A DNA stretch of 64,000 nucleotides from Herpetosiphon geysericola (GTDB taxonomy: Bacteria; Chloroflexota; Chloroflexia; Chloroflexales; Herpetosiphonaceae). The stretch covers positions 152,726 through 216,725 of the forward strand of contig NZ_LGKP01000040.1 of NCBI RefSeq assembly GCF_001306135.1. The letters are read 5' to 3'. This document shows, in pieces, positions 47,706-58,282 of this stretch. A program made the translations under genes and the position numbers. Below the pieces are notes generated by a model. It made no database searches, was not told where the DNA came from, and was given only the letters and a program-made list of their open reading frames with translations. How positions within the stretch are numbered: the first letter of the stretch is position 1; every line of letters begins with the position of its first letter.

Positions 47706-48293
47706 TCATCCTTTCAAGGCTTCGATGCTACCAACCAGCAAGGGTACGCTATCGTTGATAAAACTTTCGAGGTTTTGGCAGCGGTCGCTATAGAGCCAGC
47801 GGGCGGCCAAGGCATACACCGACCAACTGAGCATGGTCGCCAAAAGTTGGCGTTGCATGGCAGGCACGCTGCGCAAGGGCGAATAATGATCAAGCCATGT
47901 TTGAATGTGTTGCTCTAACATGCGTTTAATCTGGTTTTCAGCCAACGAATCAAAAAAGCGATGATACTGATTGCACTGGCCATGGACCATAGCCCAATGG
48001 TCAGCGATTGCCCACAGCAAGGCCTGCATATAGCGGGTTGGCGTGTCGGGATAATGCTGCATGCGCCGATCAAGGAACATCATAAAGCCATCGCGAATTA
48101 ATTCATCAACCAAGGCATATTTATCGCTGAAATGGGCATAGAAGGTTGCCCGATTAATCGTCGCCGCTTCGGCAATCTCATTAACTGTTACTTCCTCGAA
48201 GGTACGGGTGCGCAAGAGCTGAATCAAGGCATCAAGAATTAATTTGCGGGTGCGTTTGGCGCGCGGGTCAATTTTTACAGCGTTTCCCAACAT
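47706..48293 (-). CDS. TetR/AcrR-family transcriptional regulator
   Basis: N-terminal TetR HTH (FEEVTVNEIAEAATINRATFYAHF). Confidence 0.8.
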   Translation of the reverse strand: MLGNAVKIDPRAKRTRKLILDALIQLLRTRTFEEVTVNEIAEAATINRATFYAHFSDKYALVDELIRDGFMMFLDRRMQHYPDTPTRYMQALLWAIADHWAMVHGQCNQYHRFFDSLAENQIKRMLEQHIQTWLDHYSPLRSVPAMQRQLLATMLSWSVYALAARWLYSDRCQNLESFINDSVPLLVGSIEALKG

Positions 48294-48436
48294 TTTAGCT
48301 CCTTATGTTGCCTAAGCAACACATTTTCGTTTTTGCTGGTTGACACTATAGCACGAGTTCTCTATGCTATTCAACAGATGTCAATTAAACAACGAGTGTT
48401 GTTTAGCTTTCAATCAAATTAGTGAGGTTTTTAATC

Positions 48437-49321
48437 ATGGCTCATACTCAAGGTTTGGTCGCGATCACCGGTGCAGCAGGTCAATTAGGGCGCTTAGTGT
48501 TGCAACATGTGCTCGAACACGTTGGGGCACATCAAGTTGTGGCAATCACCCGTGATCCAGCCAAATTAGCCGATGTTGCCGCCCAAGGCGTCAAAGTTGC
48601 CGCTGGCGATTTCAACGATCCAGCAAGTTTGACTGCTGCCTTGGCCGGAGTCGAACGAGTGTTGCTTATCAGCATCGATGTTGTTGGCAGCGAACGGGTA
48701 CGTTTGCAAAACGATGCGGTCAAGGCAATCGCCGAGGCTGGCGTAAAACACATCGTCTATACTTCGGCAATTAATCCAGCAGAAGCCCCAATGGAGTTCA
48801 TTCGCGAACACGCTGCGACCGAGGAAGCAATTAAGGCCAGTGGTTTGAGCTACAGCTTCTTGCGCAATAACTTCTATTTTGAGACGATCACCGATAAGGT
48901 GAAAGGTGCCTTGGCAAGTGGCGCCATTGCTGCCGCCGCAGGCGATGCTGCTGCTGGCTTAGTTGCCCGCGCCGATTGTGCCGCTGCCGCCGCTGCCGCC
49001 TTGGTCAGCGCTAGCACCGCTTCAGAAGTGTACAACATTACTGGCCCAGTGAGCTTAACCCACAAAGCAATCGCCGAAACCGTCGCCGAATTCGCAGGCC
49101 GCGAGGTGGTTTATCAGCCAATCGATGCAGCCAGTGCCCAACAACAACTTGAGCACTATGGCCTGCCAGCGCCAGTTGCCGGTTTTGTCGTCGCCATCGA
49201 TCACGATTTGATCGGCTCAAGCGCGTTGGATGTTGTGAGCAACGACGTTGAGCGCTTGACTGGCAAGCCAGCTCAATCGTTGGCCGAATATCTTAACGCG
49301 AATCGCGCGTTGTTTAGCTAA
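48437..49321 (+). CDS. NmrA-like/NAD(P)-binding SDR-family oxidoreductase
   Basis: N-terminal Rossmann motif VAITGAAGQLG. RBS AGTGAGG. Confidence 0.7.
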   Translation: MAHTQGLVAITGAAGQLGRLVLQHVLEHVGAHQVVAITRDPAKLADVAAQGVKVAAGDFNDPASLTAALAGVERVLLISIDVVGSERVRLQNDAVKAIAEAGVKHIVYTSAINPAEAPMEFIREHAATEEAIKASGLSYSFLRNNFYFETITDKVKGALASGAIAAAAGDAAAGLVARADCAAAAAAALVSASTASEVYNITGPVSLTHKAIAETVAEFAGREVVYQPIDAASAQQQLEHYGLPAPVAGFVVAIDHDLIGSSALDVVSNDVERLTGKPAQSLAEYLNANRALFS

Positions 49322-49373
49322 GATTAGATTATTCCCTAGCCATAGTTGGGTCACAGTATCCGGAAGGATGGTT

Positions 49374-49449
49374 AATCACCACCCTTCCGTCCCGCCTCAA
49401 GGCGGGAGACGCAGGGGGTTTTCATCCCCCTGCACCCCCTAAAATCGGA
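49374..49449. terminator. paired hairpins between convergent genes
   Basis: CCCGCCTCAAGGCGGG and GCAGGGGGTTTTCATCCCCCTGC stem-loops. Confidence 0.4.
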
Positions 49450-49531
49450 TATATAGATTGCCTAAATTCTTTCTATATCCCGCTACATATTTACCAACAG
49501 GTTCACCCACCATACTGAGCAAACAAATTAG

Positions 49532-50422
49532 CTATTTACTAGTGGTTGGGTTATGAATTGGCAAGCCAACGACGTTGCCCCACTCAGTCCATGAGCCGTC
49601 GTAATTGCGCACGTTTTTGTAGCCTAGCAATTCGTGCAGCACAAACCACGTTAGCGATGAGCGCTCGCCAATTCTGCAATAAACCACGGTATCGCTTTCG
49701 GGCGTAACCCCAACCTCGCCATACAATTGGCGAATTTCGTCGGCGCTCTTGAAGGTGCCATCGTCGTTAACTGCTTTGGCCCAAGGCACATTGACCGCGC
49801 CTGGAATATGGCCGCCGCGCACAGCACCCTCTTGGGGATATTCGGGCATGTGCAATTTTTTGCCAGTAAATTCATCGGGCGAACGCACATCGACCAAACT
49901 ATGGCCAGCTGGCAAGTCAATTGCGGTTTGGCGAGCATTTGGGCGGCCAATATGGGCCAATACATCATCGCGGAAAGCACGAATTTCGGGCTTTGGTTCG
50001 CCCACAACATACTGAGTTGGCTCGAAGCTTGGCACAACCCGCGTCAATTCGCGGCCTTCGTCAATCCATTTTTTGCGGCCACCGTTCATAATTTTGAGCT
50101 TTTCGTGGCCAAGCAATTGGAAAACCCAATAGGCATAGCAGGCCCACCAATTATTTTTATCGCCATAAAAAACGATCGTCGTGTCATTACTAATGCCAAA
50201 ACGGCTCATCAGCGCAGCAAAGGCATCGCCATCAATATAATCGCGAATCTGCACATCATTTAAATCATCTTGCCAATTGATTTTGACCGCGTTGGCGATA
50301 TGGCCCATTTCGTAGAGCAAAATATCTTCATCAGACTCAACCAAGCGCACATCTGCATCGTTCAAATGTTCGGCAACCCAATCTGTGCTCACCAAGACCT
50401 CAGGATTCACATAATCGCTCAT
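49532..50422 (-). CDS. thiosulfate/3-mercaptopyruvate sulfurtransferase (tandem rhodanese)
   Basis: Two rhodanese domains. Active-site loop CRIGERS. Confidence 0.85.
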   Translation of the reverse strand: MSDYVNPEVLVSTDWVAEHLNDADVRLVESDEDILLYEMGHIANAVKINWQDDLNDVQIRDYIDGDAFAALMSRFGISNDTTIVFYGDKNNWWACYAYWVFQLLGHEKLKIMNGGRKKWIDEGRELTRVVPSFEPTQYVVGEPKPEIRAFRDDVLAHIGRPNARQTAIDLPAGHSLVDVRSPDEFTGKKLHMPEYPQEGAVRGGHIPGAVNVPWAKAVNDDGTFKSADEIRQLYGEVGVTPESDTVVYCRIGERSSLTWFVLHELLGYKNVRNYDGSWTEWGNVVGLPIHNPTTSK

Positions 50423-50449
50423 CGATTGCTCCTTTATTGAGATTAATAT

Positions 50450-50764
50450 TTAAGCTTCAAGCAAAATTTGATCGCCTTCAATTTTAAGGCTATAGACCTT
50501 CAATGGTTCGGTCGCTGGCAACGATCGCGGGCGACCACTAGCCAAATCAAAACGTGCGCCATGCAACGGACATTCGATTGTGCAATCATCAACATCCAAC
50601 TCGCCCTCGTGCAATTCGGCATAGGCATGGGTGCAAATGTTGCTGGTGGCAAAATATTGGCTGCCACAGCGAAAAATCCCAACTTGCTCGCCAGCAAAAT
50701 CAATTTGAATCGCTGGCGTGTCGGCCAAATCGTGCAGCGTTGCAACAACGTGAAAGCTCATCAT
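50450..50764 (-). CDS. Rieske (2Fe-2S) ferredoxin
   Basis: CTH ... CPLH Rieske ligand boxes. Confidence 0.8.
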   Translation of the reverse strand: MMSFHVVATLHDLADTPAIQIDFAGEQVGIFRCGSQYFATSNICTHAYAELHEGELDVDDCTIECPLHGARFDLASGRPRSLPATEPLKVYSLKIEGDQILLEA

Positions 50765-50859
50765 TATTCCTTAATTTATTAACTAAATTGATTAACAATA
50801 ATCTGACATAGAAAACGCCGAGGACGCAGTGGTTGCGCCTCGGCGTTGGTAGGCCAAGC

Positions 50860-52278
50860 CTAGCCGACCGAACCTTCCATTTCCATTTGGATCAAGCGGT
50901 TCAATTCGACCGCGTATTCCATGGGCAATTCGCGGGTAAATGGCTCCATAAAGCCCAGCACAATCATCGAAAGTGCTTCGGCTTCGTCGAGGCCACGGCT
51001 CATCAGATAGAACAATTGCTCTTCACCGATTTTGCCGACGGTTGCTTCGTGGGCCACGGTCGCTGAATCTTCCTCGATCTCGATGTACGGAATCGTATCC
51101 GAGGCTGAGCGATCGTCGAGAATCAAGGCATCACAGACCACATTGATTTTGGCGTTGTGGGCGCCGCGTTGAACTTTGGCCAAGCCACGATAGGTCGTGC
51201 GACCGCCGTTCTTCGAGACTGATTTGTTGGTGATGCGGCTGGTGGTGTCGGGAGCGCCGTGCACCATTTTGGCCCCAGCATCTTGATGTTGGCCTTCGCC
51301 AGCATAAGCGACTGAAAGCACCTCGCCCTTTGCGCCGCGACCCATCATATAAACTGCGGGATACTTCATGGTCAACTTCGAGCCAATGTTACCATCGACC
51401 CATTCCATTGAGGCATCTTCGTAGGCAACAGCGCGTTTGGTCACCAAATTGAAAATATTATTGGCCCAGTTTTGAATCGTGGTATAGCGGCATTTGCCAC
51501 CTTTTTTGATGATAATTTCAACGACTGCTGAGTGCAGCGAGTTGGTGCTGTAAACTGGCGCAGTACAACCTTCGATATAGTGAACTTCTGCGCCTTCGTC
51601 GACGATAATCAAGGTGCGTTCGAACTGGCCCATGTTTTCAGCGTTGATGCGGAAATAGGCTTGCAATGGAATATCGACCTTGACACCCTTGGGCACGTAC
51701 ACGAACGAGCCACCAGACCAAACTGCTGTGTTCAAGGCAGCAAATTTGTTATCTGCTGAAGGAATGATCGTGCCGAAATATTCCTTGAACAACTCTGGAT
51801 ACTCTTTCAAACCAGTGTCGGTATCAAGGAAGATCACGCCCAGTTTTTCCCACTCTTCGCGCAATGAGTGGTAGACAACTTCTGATTCGTATTGAGCGCC
51901 AACGCCAGCCAAGAACTTGCGTTCAGCTTCAGGAATACCCAATTTTTCAAAGGTATTCTTGATATTTTCTGGCACATCGTCCCAGCTATTTTCGGCGCGT
52001 TCGCCAGGCCGCACATAGTAGTGAATATCTTGGAAATCCAACTCAGCCAAGCGTGGGTTGGCCCACACGCCACTGACTGGCAGTGGTTTTTTATGGAAAA
52101 TTTCCAGCGCCTTCAAGCGGCGTTGCAACATCCATTCAGGTTCGCCCTTCATTTCCGAGATCGTGCGCACAATATCGGCATTCAGACCTTTTGAAGATTT
52201 GAATGTATAGTTCTCTTCGTCGCGAAAGCCGTACTTCGAGTAATCAAACTCGATCTCGTTTTGTGCAGGGTTGGACAT
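50860..52278 (-). CDS. sufB: Fe-S cluster assembly protein SufB
   Basis: About 470 aa. Characteristic SufB C-terminal region. Confidence 0.95.
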   Translation of the reverse strand: MSNPAQNEIEFDYSKYGFRDEENYTFKSSKGLNADIVRTISEMKGEPEWMLQRRLKALEIFHKKPLPVSGVWANPRLAELDFQDIHYYVRPGERAENSWDDVPENIKNTFEKLGIPEAERKFLAGVGAQYESEVVYHSLREEWEKLGVIFLDTDTGLKEYPELFKEYFGTIIPSADNKFAALNTAVWSGGSFVYVPKGVKVDIPLQAYFRINAENMGQFERTLIIVDEGAEVHYIEGCTAPVYSTNSLHSAVVEIIIKKGGKCRYTTIQNWANNIFNLVTKRAVAYEDASMEWVDGNIGSKLTMKYPAVYMMGRGAKGEVLSVAYAGEGQHQDAGAKMVHGAPDTTSRITNKSVSKNGGRTTYRGLAKVQRGAHNAKINVVCDALILDDRSASDTIPYIEIEEDSATVAHEATVGKIGEEQLFYLMSRGLDEAEALSMIVLGFMEPFTRELPMEYAVELNRLIQMEMEGSVG

Positions 52279-52301
52279 GCCCTGAGCCTCCTATAGTGTG
52301 A

Positions 52302-52532
52302 TCACGAATAAGTGATGAGATTACTTGATTCAGAATCTTGCAATTCTGTTTCTAAATGCTGCCATTCGTTAGCAGAAAATTCAGCTAGTGCCGTAGCAAT
52401 TGATTGTTCATAGCGCTGCTTACGCAATCGTTCGAACAAGGCATAGATTGCCCAGAAAGCGAATCCGACTCCATCCAACTTAATCAATCGGATAATACTA
52501 ATTAGTGCTGGATGTCGAACAGACTTGATCAA
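52302..52532 (-). CDS. small hypothetical protein
   Basis: 76-aa ORF between sufU and sufB. Overlaps the sufU stop. Confidence 0.3.
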   Translation of the reverse strand: MIKSVRHPALISIIRLIKLDGVGFAFWAIYALFERLRKQRYEQSIATALAEFSANEWQHLETELQDSESSNLITYS

Positions 52533-52924
52533 AGGCTATCCTCATCGTCGTCAACCAGATTGACCCCGTAGAGCCCAGCTTTGAGTGTTTTGAGCGAGAG
52601 CAAGGCACACTTGAGCCGCACAGGCCCAATCGGTATCCCCAATAAATCGAGGATGGTTTGTTTATCAAAAGCTTTGGCTTCATCAACGCTTTTGCCAGCA
52701 AGTTCTTCGCTGAGCATCGAGGCTGAAGCTTGGCTGATTGCGCAGCCTTTGCCTTTAAATTTTACATCAACAATCCGCTCATTTTCGACCAACAAATAAA
52801 TGCTGAGTTGATCGCCACACAACGGATTGTGTTCGTGTTGCACAATCGTTGCTTGCTCGATCTCGCCGTAATTTCGCGGATGACGATAATGATCTAATAT
52901 ATTTTCACGATATAAATCGTCCAC
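52529..52924 (-). CDS. sufU: SufU/IscU-like Fe-S scaffold/sulfur acceptor
   Basis: NifU-like N-domain with conserved Cys (PLCGD, GKGCAISQAS, KCALL). Confidence 0.8.
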   Translation of the reverse strand: MDDLYRENILDHYRHPRNYGEIEQATIVQHEHNPLCGDQLSIYLLVENERIVDVKFKGKGCAISQASASMLSEELAGKSVDEAKAFDKQTILDLLGIPIGPVRLKCALLSLKTLKAGLYGVNLVDDDEDSL

Positions 52925-52930
52925 AAGGCC

Positions 52931-54169
52931 TCACAGTTGGAAGGTATCGCGAGCCAAAACCAAGGCTTCGGCCAAACGATCAATTTCTTCCTCAAGCGTG
53001 TATAGGTAGAATGATGCGCGTACCGTTGCTGGCACGCCAAAAATATCGTGCAACGGATGGGTACAATGATGCCCAGCCCGCACTGCAATCCCTTGGGTAT
53101 CGAGAATCGCCGCCACATCATGGGCATGCACGCCTGCAAGGGTAAAGCTCAACAAGCCACCGCGCTCAGCAGCAGGCGGACCAAAAATAGTCAGCCCATC
53201 GATGGCACTGAGTTTATCCCAAGCGTAATGGGTCAACTGGCGTTCGCGCTCGTGAATCGCCTGCATCCCAAGTTCATTCAAGAAGTCAATCGCCGCGCCA
53301 AGGCCAATCGCCTCGGCAATCGCTGGCGTGCCTGCCTCGAATTTCCATGGAAGATCGTTCCATGAGCTTTCGCGTAGCCCGACCCGTTTGATCATATCGC
53401 CGCCACCCATAAACGGCGGCATGGCTTCAAGCAATTCGCGCCGCGCCCAGAGCACGCCAATGCCAGTAGGGCCGCACATTTTATGCCCCGAGAAGGCCAG
53501 GAAATCGCAGCCAAGCGCTTGCACATTGATGGGAAGATGTGGCACACTTTGCGCCCCATCCAGCAGTACCAAGGCTCCAACCTGCTTGGCCGCCGCAATC
53601 ACCTGTTCAACCGGATTGATCGTGCCCAGTACATTCGACATGTGGGTCATGGCAACCAATTTGGTGCGTTTAGTCAATAGTTGATCAAGGTTGCCGAGAT
53701 CAAGTCGGCCTTGCGCATCAAGCTCGATAAAATCAAGCTCCACACCAATTTGGGCTGCTAGCAATTGCCATGGCACTAAATTCGAATGATGTTCGCTGAC
53801 TGTGAGCAAAATTCGATCGCCCGCTTGCAAATTAGCACGGCCCCAGCTTTGGGCAACCAAGTTAATCGCTTCGGTCGCGTTGCGAGTAAAAATAATTTCT
53901 TTAGTCGATTTAGCGCCGATAAAGCGGCCAATCGTGCGGCGCGTGCCTTCATAGGCTTCGGTGGCGGCTTCGCTAATCTGATACACACCTCGATGAACAT
54001 TCGCATTAATCGTGCGATAATAGCGATCCATCGCGTCAAGCACTGCTAGCGGCTTTTGGGCAGTTGCGGTGCTATCCAAGTAGGCTAGGCGATGGCCGTT
54101 AATCGATTGATCCAAGAGCGGAAATTGCTCGCGAATGGCGTTAACATCAAGGGTTGTTTGTACAGACAT
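52931..54169 (-). CDS. sufS: cysteine desulfurase SufS
   Basis: Class V aminotransferase. PLP-lysine region SGHKMCGPTGIG. Catalytic Cys region RAGHHCTHP. Confidence 0.9.
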   Translation of the reverse strand: MSVQTTLDVNAIREQFPLLDQSINGHRLAYLDSTATAQKPLAVLDAMDRYYRTINANVHRGVYQISEAATEAYEGTRRTIGRFIGAKSTKEIIFTRNATEAINLVAQSWGRANLQAGDRILLTVSEHHSNLVPWQLLAAQIGVELDFIELDAQGRLDLGNLDQLLTKRTKLVAMTHMSNVLGTINPVEQVIAAAKQVGALVLLDGAQSVPHLPINVQALGCDFLAFSGHKMCGPTGIGVLWARRELLEAMPPFMGGGDMIKRVGLRESSWNDLPWKFEAGTPAIAEAIGLGAAIDFLNELGMQAIHERERQLTHYAWDKLSAIDGLTIFGPPAAERGGLLSFTLAGVHAHDVAAILDTQGIAVRAGHHCTHPLHDIFGVPATVRASFYLYTLEEEIDRLAEALVLARDTFQL

Positions 54170-54262
54170 AACTCACCAATATCCGATCGACAAAGAATTG
54201 CTTTTTGATCCACGAAGGACACGAAGAGCACGAAGAATAGAAACCGCGAAGGACGCGAAGAT
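54170..54262. repeat. CACGAAG-type short repeats (CCACGAAGGACACGAAGAGCACGAAGAATAGAAACCGCGAAGGACGCGAAGATCG)
   Basis: Visible. Inverted counterpart at 54740-54800. Confidence 0.45.
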
Positions 54263-54264
54263 CG

Positions 54265-54651
54265 CTAAGTATCGTTACTCAAAATTAAGCGTTTCCATTC
54301 CAGTGTTGGCCGACTATGAAAATTCATTAAGATCCCTAGCGGTTTATGCGTCGCCTTGAGATAATTTAATAATTGAGCATGTTCAACCGATGTTAATTGT
54401 TGAATTGCCTTTATTTCAACAATAATCTGGTCGAAGCAAACCAAATCGGCAATATAGAGTTTATTTAAGATCGTTTGTTTATAGCGAATTGGCAATGGCT
54501 GTTGACGTATAAAAGGAATTTGACGTTGAGTGAATTCGAATTCAAGTGCCTCTTGATAGACAGCTTCTAGAAATCCGCTACCCAACTCACGATGTACTTC
54601 AATCGCCGCTCCAACTACTGCGAATGCTTCATCAGCTAACAATAAAGGCAT
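54265..54651 (-). CDS. GxxExxY-family protein (PD-(D/E)xK-like fold) inserted in the suf operon
   Basis: N-terminal VGAAIEVHRELGSGFLEAVYQEAL, the GxxExxY signature. Confidence 0.6.
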   Translation of the reverse strand: MPLLLADEAFAVVGAAIEVHRELGSGFLEAVYQEALEFEFTQRQIPFIRQQPLPIRYKQTILNKLYIADLVCFDQIIVEIKAIQQLTSVEHAQLLNYLKATHKPLGILMNFHSRPTLEWKRLILSNDT

Positions 54652-54812
54652 AATTGTTTCTCCAAAATGAGTCAATGGATATCATTAGATACCTTTGTTA
54701 TTCATTTTTGGCGAATCAATTCTGATCTTATAACTTATCAACCTTAGCGTTCTTCGTGCTCTTCGTGGTTTCAATCTTATACATTGACTGAAACCACGAA
54801 GATTTTTGATAC

Positions 54813-56003
54813 TTAGACTTTTTCGGCGACGATGGTTTCGACCCGTTCGCGCACAGCTTCATCAGGAATCATATCGATGATTTCGCCGACAAAGCCCAAG
54901 ACGATTGTTCGTTTGGCTTCAGCAAACGGCAAACCGCGCGATTGCAGATAGAACAACTGCTCTTCGTCGATTTGACCGCTAGTTGAGCCGTGGCCTGCCT
55001 TAACTTCATTGGCATCAATCTCCAAGCCTGGAATTGAATCCGAGCGTGAAGTTTTGCTCAAGTGCAAGGCATTTTCGCGCAAGTCGGAGTTGGTGCCTTG
55101 GCCAGTAGCCGGAATTTTGACCATGCCATCGAAAACGGCATAGGCTTCATCATCGACCACGGTTTTGAAGTTGATTTGGCCTTCGGTATTCAAGCCAATG
55201 TGATTGAGTTTGGGCGCAACCAGCAAGTTTTGCTTACCATTGCCATACAACAAACCATTCCAATTGACGCTTGAGCCGTTGCCACTCAAATTGGCTTCCA
55301 AGGTAACGTGCTGCACGGCGCTGCCAACCACCACGTTCAACCATTCTGCTTGGGCATCGCGGTTGATGCGAATTTGTTGGCTGCCGAGCACATAAACATT
55401 GTTGTTCAAGGTTTGTACGCTGCTGAAATTAACTTGGCCACCATCGCCAACCTCGATTTCAACCCCGGTCAAGACCACTGCACTCGCATCAAAATCAGCT
55501 GAGCTAATTTCTTCGATCACGTTGATCGAGCTATGGCGCTCGGTCACGATCAGCGTGCGAGGAGCGACAATTGTGCCAGCCTTGGCGACGTGATAGCGAA
55601 TCCGCACCAATTCTTCGACTGCAACATCTTTGGCAACGTGGATAAAAAGCCCACCGTTGACCAAAGCATTATTGAGCGCTGAATAGGGATCGCGGCTGGT
55701 TTGCACGGCGCTACCAAGCACCCGTTGCACCAACTCGGCGTGGCTTTGAATCGCTTCGGCTAAAGGCAAAATCGTTACGCCTTCAGCGCCAGCAAATTCA
55801 ACCGAAACTTCGGCCTCAGCCAGCGTGTAATCAGCGATATTGAAGCCCTTCAAATTGGTTCGGCGCCAATCTGGTTGCTCGGCGGTTTCGAATGCTTGCC
55901 ATGCTTCGCGACGGCGGCTAGTCAGCCATTCTGGCTCGTTGCGGCTGGCCAGCAAGGCCTCAAATTGCGCCACATCAAAAGTAGATTGCAAATTAGCTGG
56001 CAT
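54813..56003 (-). CDS. sufD: Fe-S cluster assembly protein SufD
   Basis: Beta-helix SufB/D family. RBS GAGGAAG before the ATG at 56003. Overlaps the sufC stop. Confidence 0.85.
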   Translation of the reverse strand: MPANLQSTFDVAQFEALLASRNEPEWLTSRRREAWQAFETAEQPDWRRTNLKGFNIADYTLAEAEVSVEFAGAEGVTILPLAEAIQSHAELVQRVLGSAVQTSRDPYSALNNALVNGGLFIHVAKDVAVEELVRIRYHVAKAGTIVAPRTLIVTERHSSINVIEEISSADFDASAVVLTGVEIEVGDGGQVNFSSVQTLNNNVYVLGSQQIRINRDAQAEWLNVVVGSAVQHVTLEANLSGNGSSVNWNGLLYGNGKQNLLVAPKLNHIGLNTEGQINFKTVVDDEAYAVFDGMVKIPATGQGTNSDLRENALHLSKTSRSDSIPGLEIDANEVKAGHGSTSGQIDEEQLFYLQSRGLPFAEAKRTIVLGFVGEIIDMIPDEAVRERVETIVAEKV

Positions 56004-56784
56004 TGCCAAACACTTCCTCTCGAATGAAATCGTAGCCTTTTTCTTCGAGTTCCAAAGCCATTTCTGGGCCACCTTCGCGCACGATTTGGCCGTTCATCAA
56101 AACGTGCACATAATCAGGCTTGATGTAGTTGAGCAAGCGTTGGTAGTGGGTGATGACCAACACGCCAAGTTCAGGCTTTTCGGCTTTAACTTTGTTGACA
56201 CCTTCGGCCACAATTTTCAATGCGTCGATGTCAAGCCCTGAATCGGTTTCATCCATGATCGAGATTGAAGGCTGCAACATGGCCATTTGCAAAATTTCGA
56301 GCCGTTTCTTTTCGCCACCAGAGAAACCTTCGTTCAAATAGCGACGGGCAAAATCAGGCGCCATTTCCAACATATCCATGCGCGATTTGATCACTTTGCG
56401 ATATTCGGCCATTGGAATGGCGGTCGACTTTGGATCAACGCCTTCTTGAGCGCGATGGGCGTTCAAGGCAGCGCGCAAGAAGTTGGCAACGGTTACACCA
56501 GCTACCGCAACGGGATATTGGAATGCAAGGAACAAGCCCAATTTTGAACGATCGTTTGGTTCGAGATCAAGCACATCTTGGCCTTTGTACCAAACTTCGC
56601 CTTCAGTCACTTCATAGCGTGGGTGACCAGCGAGGGTATACGCCAAGGTTGACTTGCCTGAGCCATTTGGCCCCATGATGGCGTGAATTTTGCCTTCTTC
56701 GATGGTCAGATTAATACCTTTGAGAATTTCTTTGCCATCGACCGCAACGTGCAAGTTGCGAATGACCAAATTGTTGGCGCTCAT
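55993..56784 (-). CDS. sufC: Fe-S cluster assembly ATPase SufC
   Basis: Walker A GPNGSGKST. ABC signature LSGGEKKR. Walker B ILDETDSGLD. Confidence 0.95.
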   Translation of the reverse strand: MSANNLVIRNLHVAVDGKEILKGINLTIEEGKIHAIMGPNGSGKSTLAYTLAGHPRYEVTEGEVWYKGQDVLDLEPNDRSKLGLFLAFQYPVAVAGVTVANFLRAALNAHRAQEGVDPKSTAIPMAEYRKVIKSRMDMLEMAPDFARRYLNEGFSGGEKKRLEILQMAMLQPSISIMDETDSGLDIDALKIVAEGVNKVKAEKPELGVLVITHYQRLLNYIKPDYVHVLMNGQIVREGGPEMALELEEKGYDFIREEVFGNAS

Positions 56785-56856
56785 GACACTCCTATTCAAG
56801 ATTGCTATTCAAGACAACAGCATGGCATGCCCTTGCATTACCAGCCGCCAAAGAAC

Positions 56857-57519
56857 TTAGTTATGCTTCTCAATCCCAATCTCATCGGCCTTAATCACAA
56901 AGTGACAGCCGTTATGACCTTCGACCATGCGGCGTTGAATTTCAACTTCATGGCCGAGTGCAGTTTCCATCATTTGGCGTTCCATGCTACACAAACTATC
57001 GTGAGTTTGCGCGACCTCAAAATAGGGGCAGGCATACTCACTCACCACCCAACCACCACCAGGCGATTCGGCGACATTAATCGACATCCCTTTGCGGTTC
57101 ATCGTGTAGACAAATTGCATCAAGCGCTCACGCAAGGCCACATTGGCTGGATGATCGCCCGTGTAGAGCGTTGCCAAACGGGTGCCAACCCGACTGAGCA
57201 ATTGAGCCATGCCCTCTGGGCCTTCAGTCGCTAAAATTTCTTCGAGCAACACATTGAGCAACACATCGTAGCCCTTGGGAAAGAGCGATTGGGCCTTGGC
57301 AGTTAGGGTGTAGCGATAGGAAGGCCGGCCTGGGCCTTGGCGAATCTTGCTTGGCGTAATGAGGCCTTGGTTGGTGAGATGAGTTAGTTGCTCGCGCACC
57401 GCAGTTGTGCTCACAGCCAGCGCATCTTCCAATTCCTTGACAGTCGCTGAACCTTTACGCTGAATGTAGCTCACAATATCGCCGGCGGGCGTTCCTTCTC
57501 GGATACCAAACACGGTCAT
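56857..57519 (-). CDS. sufR: SufR-like transcriptional regulator (wHTH plus C-terminal Cys cluster)
   Basis: N-terminal wHTH. C-terminal C-x12-C-x~30-C (CPYFEVAQTHDSLC ... GCHFV). First gene of the suf operon. Confidence 0.65.
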   Translation of the reverse strand: MTVFGIREGTPAGDIVSYIQRKGSATVKELEDALAVSTTAVREQLTHLTNQGLITPSKIRQGPGRPSYRYTLTAKAQSLFPKGYDVLLNVLLEEILATEGPEGMAQLLSRVGTRLATLYTGDHPANVALRERLMQFVYTMNRKGMSINVAESPGGGWVVSEYACPYFEVAQTHDSLCSMERQMMETALGHEVEIQRRMVEGHNGCHFVIKADEIGIEKHN

Positions 57520-57750
57520 AGATACCTCGCATGTTGCCTTGACCATACCGTTGCATGGTTCGTTATTGAGAATGATTATAAATCGATAATCATTTTCTGT
57601 CAATAAAATCGGAAAAAACTGTGTTTATTCATACTTTAGGCCTGTTTTAAACCAAAACAAGCCCGTTTTAGGGCAGATTTGGGGCAATAACCATACCAAT
57701 GAGTGCTCAATGCAGCATAGGCGGCTGCAAAAACGTTGATGAGAAGTTGA

Positions 57751-58143
57751 TTAAGCAGCCAATAGTTCTTGGTGCAAGCGTTGGAGTTGGGCTAAAGTCC
57801 GTTGAGTACGGGGGTGTTGTTCGCCAAAACGGGCTAAATCGCCTTGCAAACGCACCTCGACAGTTTGCAAATTGCGGCGCCGATTGAGCCAGCGTTGATA
57901 GTGAGCGGTGGCTTGGCGATAGACAGCTTGGGCTTGAGCAAGCACAGGATTACCATACATCGCGCCAATCAAGCACCACAAATGTTTATCGCTGGCCAAA
58001 GGGCGCAGATTGGCTGGGTTATGCCTCCATGCTTTGAGCAAACGGGTATTGGCGTTGACCGCACTACGAATTTGGTCGGCCTCGCTTGAAGAATATTGTT
58101 CAGCAAACCATTGCAATACTGCTTCGATTCCCGTTACTGGATG
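57751..58143 (-). CDS. hypothetical protein
   Basis: Alpha-helical about 130-aa ORF. Start assumed at MHPVTGIEA. Confidence 0.4.
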   Translation of the reverse strand, partial: HPVTGIEAVLQWFAEQYSSSEADQIRSAVNANTRLLKAWRHNPANLRPLASDKHLWCLIGAMYGNPVLAQAQAVYRQATAHYQRWLNRRRNLQTVEVRLQGDLARFGEQHPRTQRTLAQLQRLHQELLAA

Positions 58144-58282
58144 CATTGCAGACCTCCTAACCAATGTTGGCTTGAGCATAGCAGCACCTTGTGACAACAA
58201 CTGTCACAAGGTTTTGTCACAATTTCGATTCAGGGGTATAGTTGCGCTCTATTGAAGGCTTGCTGTTGAAAGGAAGATCGAC

